Source of the DNA: Selaginella moellendorffii
Taxonomy: Eukaryota > Plantae > Lycopodiophyta
DNA: 64,000 bases
Assembly (NCBI RefSeq): GCF_000143415.4
Contig: NW_003314287.1
Location: 1,640,001-1,704,000 of the forward strand
Direction: 5' to 3'
How positions within the stretch are numbered: the stretch's first letter is position 1; each line of letters starts with the position of its first letter. Below, one piece after another: positions 48,361 to 59,303 of the stretch. A model generated the notes under the pieces. The model was not told the origin of the DNA and made no database searches. It saw only the letters and a list, made by a program, of their open reading frames with translations. A program made the translations under genes and the position numbers.

Positions 48361-51300
48361 ATGGAGAGATTTTTTCTTCATTTTCGAGATCACCCACCTC
48401 TTTCATTCTCTCAAAGTATTGTTTCTAAAAGTTTTTTATGTCGGCATTTTGATCTTCATCTTGGCTCTATTTCTTTAGAGGCTGTGATTCACAACAACAC
48501 TGGTATAGTTGTATACTCAAAGTTTCTTCCTTCTAGTATGGGTGAGGGTGGACAACAATGGGATTTACAGAATTCCAGGTCGAAGAAGATTCGAGTTTTT
48601 GGATCTCCAGTCAAAGTGCCAAAATGTGCTCCAGCCAAAGTGAATGTGAAGCAAGAGTCAGTCGTTATCCTCTCGTCCTCTTTTAGTTCAAGTGGAGAAG
48701 TCATGCTAGTGTCGGTGCCAAATTCACCAGCTCCAGCTTCAGCTTCAATTCCAACTTCAGCAATATTCAAAACTGTTAGCAATGCTTTCTAGTTTTTGCA
48801 CCTTTCAATCGATATGCACTTGTTATTGTATAGGCTTATGAGGGAGCTTCCATCCTCTTATAATGGCAACATTTTCTTCGAGCTACCACCTCTTGTCAAC
48901 AGCATAGGTTCTAAACATAAGGGGATGGAAACCAAGCAGGATGTCCATAATTAGTGTAAGATCAAGACCACACACTTCCAACATTTTGAAGACATAGTGT
49001 TTATAGTTCATTGTGGTGGGCATTTAAATTGCATGGATGAAGCATGCAATTGAAACTATTATAGAAATTCTATATTTTTCGAAGGGTCTGCAGTCAATCC
49101 TCCAGCTTGTGACACCATTGCTATTGGATTCAAGTGTTGATTCTGCAAAAATGCTCCTCTATGTCATGCTATTTGTGAGGCCAAAATGTACTACTTTCTT
49201 CCATGGGATGGAGTGGCTGGAAGAGCTATAGTGCATGTTGGCACACACATGCATCTAATGCAAAAAGGGATATAAAGGAGTTCTCTCAACCGTTTCAAAG
49301 ATGCTATGTAGGAAGAGATTATGAGAAATTCATCTACAACTCCGAAGCATGTTTAGAAGACCGTCCTCAAGGATTTTATCTCAAACACTTTACTCAATCT
49401 AGGTTGCCAAAAGACTCAACTAAACGAGGCTAGTTTGTGGGACTTACTACAAGGAGTACAACCTGCTACTAACCTAAGGAGGTACATCCGTTATATTTCA
49501 TATGTTCTAATAATATCTTTTTCTTACATTATATTGTTTAGGATAAAATCTTGCATGTGTGAATCTCGAGAGGGGAAGTTGCAATAAAAAATTAACTCCA
49601 TCCTTGAATTGAAACGGACCTATCCATACGAGTTTATCCACGGAAGTTTGTTTCTAGACTAAGTTGTGAATGAGCAAGAGCACCCCTTTGTTTTCAAAAT
49701 GTTTACCACGGGTTTGACGCTGGGTTTTCGAGCGAGTGGGCAACATCCGTAGCTCGGTTTGCAATGGGACTTGAACCGTTGGAAAGCTTGCGTGAATCCA
49801 CCCGTTTCCACAGAAACGGATCCCGCTTTCGTTGCTCCACTGTCCCGCACCATTGCAATGGGTTTCGTGCCGTTCCTGCCTTTGGCATAAATCTTGTCTC
49901 CCGAATGGACATGTTTGGGTCTAGTGACCTTGCAAATGCATGCGTTCATTTTGACCATATGGAGCACGTATTAGGTTGGACAACCATGGGAGCTCATGTG
50001 TATGATCCAAGGTAATTTTTATTCTCATTATATTAAAATTGTTGTAATATTTGTGTTTACACAGGCTATATTGTAACTTGACAATTGCGACAGCAGAGTT
50101 TAAAGTATAAGACCAGATAGCCTAGGAAATATTTTGGAAGTCCCTCTTCAACAAGTCTGCAAACTTTCGCAATTTCATGGCAGATGGGGCTAATGCAAAC
50201 TGGAATGGTGTCCAAGTAGTTTTTGGGAATGGTCAGTCATTGGAAGGTCATGAGAGGATTTGTGAGTTCCATTGGGCTCAAAGCCTAAACCAACACTACC
50301 ACCTTATCAAGCTAGAGTTTCAATCATTGTTTAAAGAGTTGTGCAAAAAATGGCAGGTTGTACCTTCTAAAGAAGAGCATGAGACAAAAACAAATGAGAT
50401 CCAAATGTGGTGGCATGAAGATGGCCATACAAACGTAAGTTGCTTACCACAACTTGAGTCATGGTTAGCGTGGTGGGAAGTTAGGATGTTCTAGTGGGAA
50501 TATCACTCTTTTTAGGTTGGTTTTTATTTTTTCTTCTCCTTTTATTACTTTTTAATATTGCTTTTTCCATTAGGATCAACCACTTGAGGACCTCGCATAC
50601 ACCTTAACTATGAATTTCTCCGAAAGTAAGCATTGGAGTTAGCGTTCCTCTAAGGCAGGGAAAGGGAAGATGAGTCTATACAAAACTTGCCTATCAAATT
50701 TGATATGTGCTATAGAGCAATCTTTAAAAGCACTGATATTCAAGAAAGGAAGGTATGTGGGAACAAGGCCTTTTGTTGAGATGTTACATGATAGGATGAA
50801 GAGAAAATTAACTCCACCCACCCAAATAGTGGCAACTATAGTTGAGGAAGTGGTCTGTGGCACATCTATAGAGTACACTCCCCAAATTTCTATTGGTGAT
50901 ATAAAGACTATCCACTCAAAGCGTCATTTTTCCTTTGTTGGTGAAAATGTTGGTATAGAACTTGGAGTGAAAAGCTCTTATAGGCTTGATGTCAAATACC
51001 ATTTTGCTCCAAGATACCGCTCTCAGATTGAGCCACCTCAAGTGGCTAATGAAGAGAGTGCATCCTAACAGGTTGAAATTACTTATTGTAGTGTGGAGCC
51101 GAAGCAATGGGCAATCCGATGTGTGCTAGTAAAATCGAATGTAAGGTGTGTGTAAATGCTTCTAAAAGGGAAGTGTTGGGCTTGGATTCGTGGTGACAAA
51201 TCTACTTCTGTTCCAACCCCATGTTTCTATGGGGAAGCAGGATTTTTGAAATGGTGTTGGCTGTATTGTTGTAACACTGATGCCAACCATACGAAGTGGC

Positions 51301-51842
51301 TTGAAGACACTATAGTGACTAAATCTAATGCAGTACTTAAAGAATGGCCAGTTGCTAATGGGGTCATGCTCACCTCGGATGAGATTGAAAACCTTGAGAA
51401 ATTTAGTTTCAATTTTGAGAGGAGAGTTGGAGACATGAATGATAGAACTAGAACTATTCCTATAGAGATGCACAGGAGGCTAGCAAGAAAAGGTAAGGTA
51501 GTTAAATTTATTGGTACCATCTTTAAGCAAAAGCAAGGTCAAATTAACTTGGCTCAAACACTTGAGTGTGAGATTCTCTTCACGAAGTACATCACTACGT
51601 TTGCAAAAGAGTACATAGTCAAAACAAAAGGTGAAGAGTACACAATTATCATTCAAGACTTTTCTTCTTGCACATGTCTAGACTTTATGAAGCGCGAGGA
51701 ACATGGGAAGGCATATGCTCCTTGCAAACATATATACTACATCTTCATCAACATCTTGCACCAGGATCCTAAAGTGGATATTCATATACACCAAGTAAGC
51801 CTTACTATTGCTGAGTTGCAGAAAACTTTTGGAGCTAACTAG
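48361..51842 (+). pseudogene. Mutator-like transposase pseudogene (copy 1)
   Basis: Co-linear with the copy 2 gene but with many transition-derived stops, small deletions and a ~160-bp insertion. Confidence 0.92.
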
Positions 51843-51944
51843 ATTTCTTCAACACTATCGATATTTATTCTTTATCAATAATATAAACTTATTATACTTA
51901 ATATAATTAGTAAAAAAATGTTTTTTCATTTCACTTTTCATTTT

Positions 51945-52367
51945 ATATACTTCCAAGTGTTCTTTTTGTAATACTATCCATAGTACTCATATGTCTCAAT
52001 TTTTGTCTTTACCATCTCAAAAAAAATTTCATAGTAATCATTTGGATGCATGATGCAGTGTGTTGCGAAAGCATATATACCATCATATTAATCATCACCA
52101 TTATTTCCACCAAATGTTAGAAAACATATAGGGCATTTCTTGAAAGTGGCATTTCTAAAACAAGTAAGAGGGCATTCTTTTTCACCTAATTTGTTGCGCC
52201 TTTTGTCATTGCATTTATCTCCAACTCATGATTATTATCCTCTCTTTCATTCTCTTGTGTGATTTGGTTATGCTGTGCAATGGGATAGTTATTGCATCTA
52301 CTAACCCTTGAACCCTGGGAAGAAAGATTGTGAGAGTTAAAATTACTAACACTAAAACCTATAGACA
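51945..52367 (-). pseudogene. Decayed copy of the small zinc-finger ORF
   Basis: Homologous to 58760-59212; TGG>TAG stop at 52186-52188 and deletions. Confidence 0.8.
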
Positions 52368-53899
52368 TTTGTGTGTATTTCCCTTTTTTTGAATGAGAGT
52401 GTGAATGAAAATTTATAAATTCTAGACAGTATGCTATGATAAACCCCTCAAGAATGTATTCTAGAAAAGAACCAAGTCTTTCTTTTATATGCAATAAACT
52501 TACATTGGAATGATAGTGTGATTTGCAAATATCTTTAGGATCAAAGTTGTAGCTACATCGAGCGTGGACCATACTTGAGCTCACGAGTTGAAAAATTGAG
52601 CTCATGAGTCGAGCTGAAGTTTTAATTGTAGTTTAATATAAACATTAAAAAACTTTAAAATATTAAGGTTATGGTGAACTTAATAATTTTATAACTCTCT
52701 ACATATTATATAGATAAAAATGTTCTAAAGGACACTTCTTGTTCTAACAATTTAAATAGCTATAATAGGAATGTCTATTAGATAATAAAATAAGATGTTT
52801 GCAGAAAAAGTATTCATGTCACTTCTTTAAATTTGTACTCTGTGCTTTCTGGTTAGTAAATGTCAGGTTTGTCAGAATTAAAAAATTATTAAAATTTAAA
52901 TAAGATTTTATATAAAGCCATATAACCATTTGAAAGGAAAAAAAAAAACTGTTCATGGACAATGTTTGAGTATATATTAATGGGGTGGAATCACTTCTGG
53001 ACTTTGTGGTTGTGGACTATCAAAAGCTCAACTTCACACTTTTGAAGGATTTCCTGATCCTTGGATGAGTTTGGCAAATCAAGTTTGAGGCATCATAAGT
53101 TAGCTGCTTAGTAGGATAGAGATTAACGACAGTCACTAGACTTCTTGTCCCTACAATATTTATGGATACTCTCTTTTGGGAAAGCTTCAAGGATAGCCTC
53201 TAGAACTGTGTAAGAGTCACCTTGAAGGTCGTCAAGAAATCCAAGATCAAAAGTCTTATTTTGAAAAGGTATAAGCATATTGCCCATCAAGATCCCAAGA
53301 TTGCATAATAAAGTACATATATCTTGGAAGATTTCTTGCAAAATAGAAGTTAGTACATAAAAAGAAGAGACTGGGGGGAGGGGGTGGCGGGGTTTATATA
53401 TGCTCCAGGTATGAGTTGTGCACTATGGGAAGAGGTTGAAAGTTTTGTGACTGTTGTAGATACCACTCTCAGTCATTTGCTGGAGGTAATTGGAGTTGGC
53501 TGCTCGCTTAGAAGAGAGTGGTTGAACAAGAGTTTCTTTGTCCCAGTAGCCACAAACTCATCATCTTCACCCTTAGGAACTGCCTCACAGTCCTCCACAC
53601 CAACAAGTGTGTCACAAAGTCTTGTCTTATGATTATTCACGTGGAAGCTCACATGAAATACATCCAAACTCTATACTGATGTTGAGAGATCCTCCATAGG
53701 AGTCCCTTATGACTCCTCAAGTGGTGCTGGAGTTGGAAATATGGTTGGAGAAACCACCACTTGGACAGATTCCTAACTATACAATAGCAAACGGATCAAT
53801 GTGAAATCCTTGGATTTATTAAAGTTAAAGGACCTTTAGACATGTGTAGTGATGGCAAAGATGGATGTTTTTTAGTCCATGTTGAAGAAGTTGATTGAA

Positions 53900-55900
53900 C
53901 AACTTGGATCTCTAGCAGTGTGTCATCCTCAATGAGTTCTAAGAAAAGAACCTTGAAAGCCTGATCAACTTTAATAATGGAAGAAGTATCAATTACCAGC
54001 AGCTCAAATTTGGAACTTTGAAGGACTTTGTCATCCTATGATGGCTGTGGCACCTTGCAACCACGTGCATGACAACATGTTCCAAAGGCAAGTTTGACAA
54101 TTATCAATGGCATCCACACAACAACTCTTCTCAATGCCTGTGGCTGTTCTCTACTTCCAACTTGTCTCAAGTGCACTACAAGAAAATCCAATATGGAAAC
54201 CACACCATGCACCAAGATCTCGACACCGTGTTAGATATCTATGGGAATTACTAAGTGATTGATAAACATTTTGAGGATGATGTCTATATTGCTAACCACT
54301 TCCAAACCACTGAAGTGTGCCAAGTCAAGAGATGATATTGCTCTGGGAGCCTAAATTAAATAATGCTTGTACTTTTGAGGAAGAGTTTTTGATCTAGACC
54401 TCCAAAAAGAATGCTCCAAGATCATTAATGGTCTGGGTGTTAATGATATGCACATCATGTTAAGGTGCCACAAATAGGCCTGTGGACTTGGCAAAAGCCT
54501 CCAACTGAGAAGTGAAACTTAGTACACATCACCGAGAGTGATTTAGATTGGAGTGCCAACAATTTGAGCAAGAACCTCTTATAGGACTTAAGAGAGTGTA
54601 GAAGGCAGCTGGAAAATCCCACTCTAAAAGTCAAGTGAACATCTAGTTGTTGGATCCAAGGTTGTGGCCCAAGGCCATTGGAAATACTGAAGTATAGGGT
54701 ATAATTTGCATGCTTAGTGAGGTTCTAGACATTAGTGTTGAATCTTGCTCACCATCAATATCTGGGGTTGATGGAGAAACTTTCTAGTGCCCTTTAGTCA
54801 CAACAGCCACCTAATAGCCATCCTTTGCAATATAAACCATGCTAACATGCATGGGTGTCTTCCCTCTTGATGAAGGGGTGTTTTCAATCACTTTCTACTT
54901 TAATTATTTTTGGTATTTGTCTACTTGTGATGGAAGAGGCTACTACTGAACACACTGGATAGAAGGTGAAGCCCTGGATGAAGCTTCCAACATCTTTCTG
55001 TGTTATATATTGTAACATCACAATGCAAGCAATGCCAGGAATGAGGAGGCCATCTCAATCTCTTGGCCTATTATAAGCAGCATGCTCTAAGCTTCTTAAG
55101 TAGCTTCTTTTGCATTTGTTGCTATTGTTGGATAATCTCCTTGTATCCTGTGAGCTCTAATAATACCTTCTTAATCACTAAGGGAAATTTGTCATTGCTA
55201 GATGGGACTAAAGAGAAATAGCATATGACAATGCACGAGCTCTCTTTAAAAGGTGGGAGGAAAGCCTCCTCTACCCTGGAAATCCCAAGTTCTTAGAGAA
55301 GATCATGCTCTAGAGTCTCAATGGTAGTGAATGCCTCACAACATGTCTAGAACTTTCATTTAAGCATTTTCTATTAAAGATTTCCTTTTAGACTAGACAT
55401 GAATGTAATGATGCCATAAGATTCATTAGTGATGACCTTGTGCTGGACACACTCCTTCTAGTAAGACTTGAACCACATTATGTACTTTGACATAGATTCA
55501 TGTGCTTCTTGCTGAAAAGTGAACAAGTCCATGAGTAAGCAATATGCTAGTCACTCTTGATTGAAGTGACTCTAGAAAAATGCCTTGAATATAGAGTAGT
55601 AAACCATGTTTACCTCCAAGAAAGTCTTTGCTCATGCTGTTGCTTAGTCAATAAGTAATCATGAGAAGTCATAGAGCTTGTGATCATCCTCAATGATGTT
55701 GTTTGATGTGTAATATTGCTCAAAGTGAGTGATATATGTCTTAGTAGATTGCTAGAGAAGTATAATATGTCAATGCCTCATTGTAGAATGTGAATTTGCA
55801 TAAGAAGACCCATGGGTGGCAAACTCCCCGACACAGTATATATGGTGAATGATAAATCCTTTTAGCCAAAAAAAGCAATTTGATAATCTAGCTCGTGTAG
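53900..55900 (-). mobile_element. Decayed Ty3/gypsy-like gag-protease remnant
   Basis: FFLEV*IKNSSSKVQALFNLGSQSNIIS (~54415-54330) resembles a retroviral-type aspartic protease (ALxDSGAxxNxIS); CpG-depleted with many stops. Limits approximate. Confidence 0.55.
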
Positions 55901-55953
55901 AAGGTGTAAAAATGTCCTCATATCTTAAGTACTGTATAAGAGATTTTTGGTTG

Positions 55954-56700
55954 TGTAGTGCATGTGATTATGGGATGAGATTTTGATATACTGTCATTAT
56001 GGATCCTTGGAACCTTGGAGGATAAATAGGGATAAAATAGCCACTAAAGGCTCTCTCATCAAGCAATTGCCCCTTTTTTAGTTGGTTTAAGGGGAGAGAG
56101 ATAAAGTGCACTATATGTGGTATCAGAGTAAATAGTACAGGTTCGATTCCCATTGATTAGTGGCTACCTAAAATATAATATACCCTTGAGCAAAGTATAT
56201 TCCTACCCCTAAAATTTGAAAATCGTACATATTGGGCATCCATGCATATGTCCTTCCTCTTCTAGAGCATCCCAGACGAAGGTATCCACCATGGGACTGC
56301 ATATGTATTGGGTATTCATGCATACGTCCTTCCTCTTGTCGAGCATCTCAGACAAATGTATCCACCGTGGGACTATGGTACAGGTGGATGACTAGTTGCC
56401 TCCATGGAATAGCTAGTTTGCACAATGAAAAAATTGGTAAATTCAGTGCAGAAATGGAAGTGTTGGTTCCCCTTGGCTAAGTAGGGGTTGTTAGTCAATA
56501 ATCAATAAGGATATTGACATTTCTGAAAGAGGGGTGAGTGTAGCGTATGTGATCATGGGATGAGATTTAGATATACTGTCACCGTGGATCTTTGGAACCT
56601 TGGGGGATAAATGGGGATAAAATAGCCACTAAGGGCTCTCTCATCAAGCAATTGCCCCTTTTCCAGTTGGCTTAAAAAGAGAGAGATAAGGTGCGTTATA
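55954..56700 (+). mobile_element. Complete TRIM (terminal-repeat retrotransposon in miniature)
   Basis: 162-bp LTRs at 55954-56115 and 56539-56700; PBS TGGTATCAGAG (56118-56128); purine tract GAAAGAGGGGTGAG before the 3' LTR; 5-bp TSD GGTTG on both sides; no coding capacity. Confidence 0.93.
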
Positions 56701-56804
56701 GGTTGTTATCTTAAGTTAGAACGAGTGTGAATTATCCAATATATAGTAGATGCCAAGTTTTGGAAAATGTAATGCATTAAAGAACTTTAATTTATGTGAA
56801 AAGA

Positions 56805-57195
56805 GAGCACTCATTTTTGCATTGAATTTACCACAATAAAAAGATTGGTTAACTAGCTATTTTATGTAAGGCAATTAGTCATCCACTCGTACCACAATCC
56901 CATGGTAAATACCTTCATCACAAAAGGAAGGACATACATATGGATGTCTAATATATATGACTTTAAATTTAGGGGTAGGAATATATCTTGCTCAAAGGTA
57001 TATTATATTTTAAGTAGCCACTAATCAATGGAAATCGAACTTATGCCATTTTCTCTGATACCATATATAGCATACCCTATCTTTCTCCTTAAACTAACTA
57101 TAAGAGAGCCTTTAGTGGTTATTTTATCTCTCAAGGTTCCAAAGATCCACAGTGATAGTATATTTAAATCTCATCCTATGATCACATGCACTACA
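56805..57195 (-). mobile_element. Truncated inverted copy of the same TRIM
   Basis: The reverse complement starts TGTAGTGCATGTGAT at 57195 and has the PBS (CTCTGATACCA, 57053-57063) and internal sequence, but no 3' LTR. Confidence 0.85.
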
Positions 57196-58759
57196 ATATC
57201 TAGCTAAGAAAATGGGAAAAATATATAAAGGATGTTGTGGAAATCACTTAGTAGGATATAAAAACAAAATATCACTCAAAAGAAATGAAAAAAGAAAATA
57301 AACTCCAAACCTCAAAATGTCTTAAGGTGAATATGTTTTGATAACAATCTCTCAACTCTTGCCACAGAATTGAATGTGGATACACTTGTTAAAAAGCTTA
57401 GACTCAAATCAAGAGAATGAGATAAAAATCATGAGCTAAAATGCTAAAATGCCTAAAAATACGAACTCAAACATCAAATTCTAGTGAAAGAAAAGGAGAA
57501 TAAAAGAAAATGCACTCTTTTATATAGAAAATACTCACCTCTAGCATTAATAGAAAGCAACCGCATGACTGTGATAATCTCTCTATGAATGGCACCTCCA
57601 ATTCTCCCACAATCAAGCTAGAAAGTTGCAAACTTGAGCCATAAAGCATCGCAAAAGAAAAATTGTTATATGTTGTGGCCTAGAGTAAATTAGTTGTCAA
57701 GGAAGGACTCATCGGAAATCTTATCTTTAGATTTACATGCCAAAAAAATTAAAATCCTAAACTAGTCGCAGAATCATGAGCTTAGAGTGCTGGAAATTTG
57801 GTGCGAAAATAGAGGAGTGTGATCAACTTCTTCCATGTGACTGAATTCTTCACGAAACAAAACATTCTTTAGCTTGTCAAAAAGAGGACATCAAGTGCAT
57901 TAACCCAAATAAAGAACAGCTAAAATCAATGCTCTAATTGCAATAAATATCTAGAAAACCAAGCAAAAAGAGGGTAATATAGAAAACTAATGCAAGAATA
58001 TGAAAATCTTTTAACTTGCACTTTGGATTTTTGAAAGTAAAGCTTTATCCATCCTAAGGTCTTTAAGAACATGAATATAGCCACTAGAACTTGAGATCCC
58101 ACTCAATCTCTCATGAAAACTCTTCATTCTCTTAAGAAAGTTGAACTAGTTCTTCATGCTAAAGTCACTAACAGTTAGGGCATTTCTCAGCCTCAATTAC
58201 GACTCCATGCCCCCACAGGGTGCGGACCATACTTGAGCTCACGAGTTGAAGAGTTGAGCTCACGAGTTGAGCTCAATTTTCAATTGTAATTTAGTACGAG
58301 CATTATAAATTTTAAAATTTTAAGGTTATGGCGAACCTAATAATTTAATAACTCTCTATATATTATATAGATAAAAATGTTCTAAAGAACACATTTTGTT
58401 CTAATAATTTAAATATTTACTACATGCAATGATAGGGACATTTGTTAGAACATAAAATAAAATGTTTGAAAAAAGAGTATTCTTGTCACTTCTTTAAATT
58501 TGTACTCTATGCTTTTTGGCTAGTAAATGTTAGGTTTGTCAGAATTAAAAAATTATTAAATTTGAAATAAGATTCTATGTGAAACCATATAACCGTTTGA
58601 AAGGAAAAAAAATAACCGTTGATGTAAGCTTATTGCATATAAAAGAAAGACTTGGTTCTTTGTAAAATACATTCTTGAGGGGTTTGTCGTAGCATACTGT
58701 CTAGAATTTATAGATCTTCATTCACACTCTCATTCGAAAAAAGGGAAATACACCCACAA

Positions 58760-59212
58760 ATGTCTATGGGTTCTAGTGTTGGTAATTTTAACTCTCACAA
58801 TCTTTCTTCCCAGGGCTCAAGGGCTAGGAGATGCAATAACTATCCCATTGCACAGCATAACCAAATCACACAAGAGAATGAAAGAGAGGATAGTGAGGAT
58901 AGTGATCATGAGTTGGAGATAAATGCAATGACAGAGGGTGCAACAAATTGGGTGAAAAAGAATGCCCTCTTACTTGTTTTAGAAAAGTGCAATTCTGCCA
59001 CTTTCAAGAAGTGCCCCATATGTTTTCTAGCGTCTGGTGGAAACAATGGCAATGATCAGTATGATGGTATATATGCTCTTGCGACACACTGCAACATCAC
59101 GCACCCGAAAGACTACCATGAAATCTTTTTTGAGATGGTAAAGACAGAAATGGAGACACACGAGTACTATGAGCAGTATTGCGAGAAGAACACTCGGAAG
59201 CATATAAAATGA
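58760..59212 (+). CDS. Small transposon-borne zinc-finger protein (zf-XS/SGS3-like pattern)
   Basis: 150-aa ORF with KKCPICFLASGGNNGNDQYDGIYALATHCNITHPKDYHEIFF, convergent with the transposase and present in both copies. Confidence 0.6.
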   Translation: MSMGSSVGNFNSHNLSSQGSRARRCNNYPIAQHNQITQENEREDSEDSDHELEINAMTEGATNWVKKNALLLVLEKCNSATFKKCPICFLASGGNNGNDQYDGIYALATHCNITHPKDYHEIFFEMVKTEMETHEYYEQYCEKNTRKHIK

Positions 59213-59303
59213 AAAGTGAAATGAAAAAGCACATTTGTATTAATTATATAAAGTATAATAAGTTTTATTGATAGAGAATAAACATCGATAGTGTTGGAGA
59301 AAT

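Larger units (their letters stand above)
42259..52954 (+). mobile_element. Mutator-like DNA transposon, copy 1 (~10.7 kb, decayed, right terminus locally inverted)
   Basis: Left terminus GGGGATGGTCCAAATTTGAG resembles the right terminus GAGCGTGGACCATACTTGAG (52560). 8-bp TSD GATGTAGT (42251-42258) / GATGTAGC (reverse complement of 52552-52559). About 47.0-52.5 kb is the inverted homologue of 58.6-64.0 kb. Confidence 0.85.

Noticed and set aside
57200-58217. Possible LTR fragment
   Set aside because: No second copy, PBS or PPT in the window to support it.
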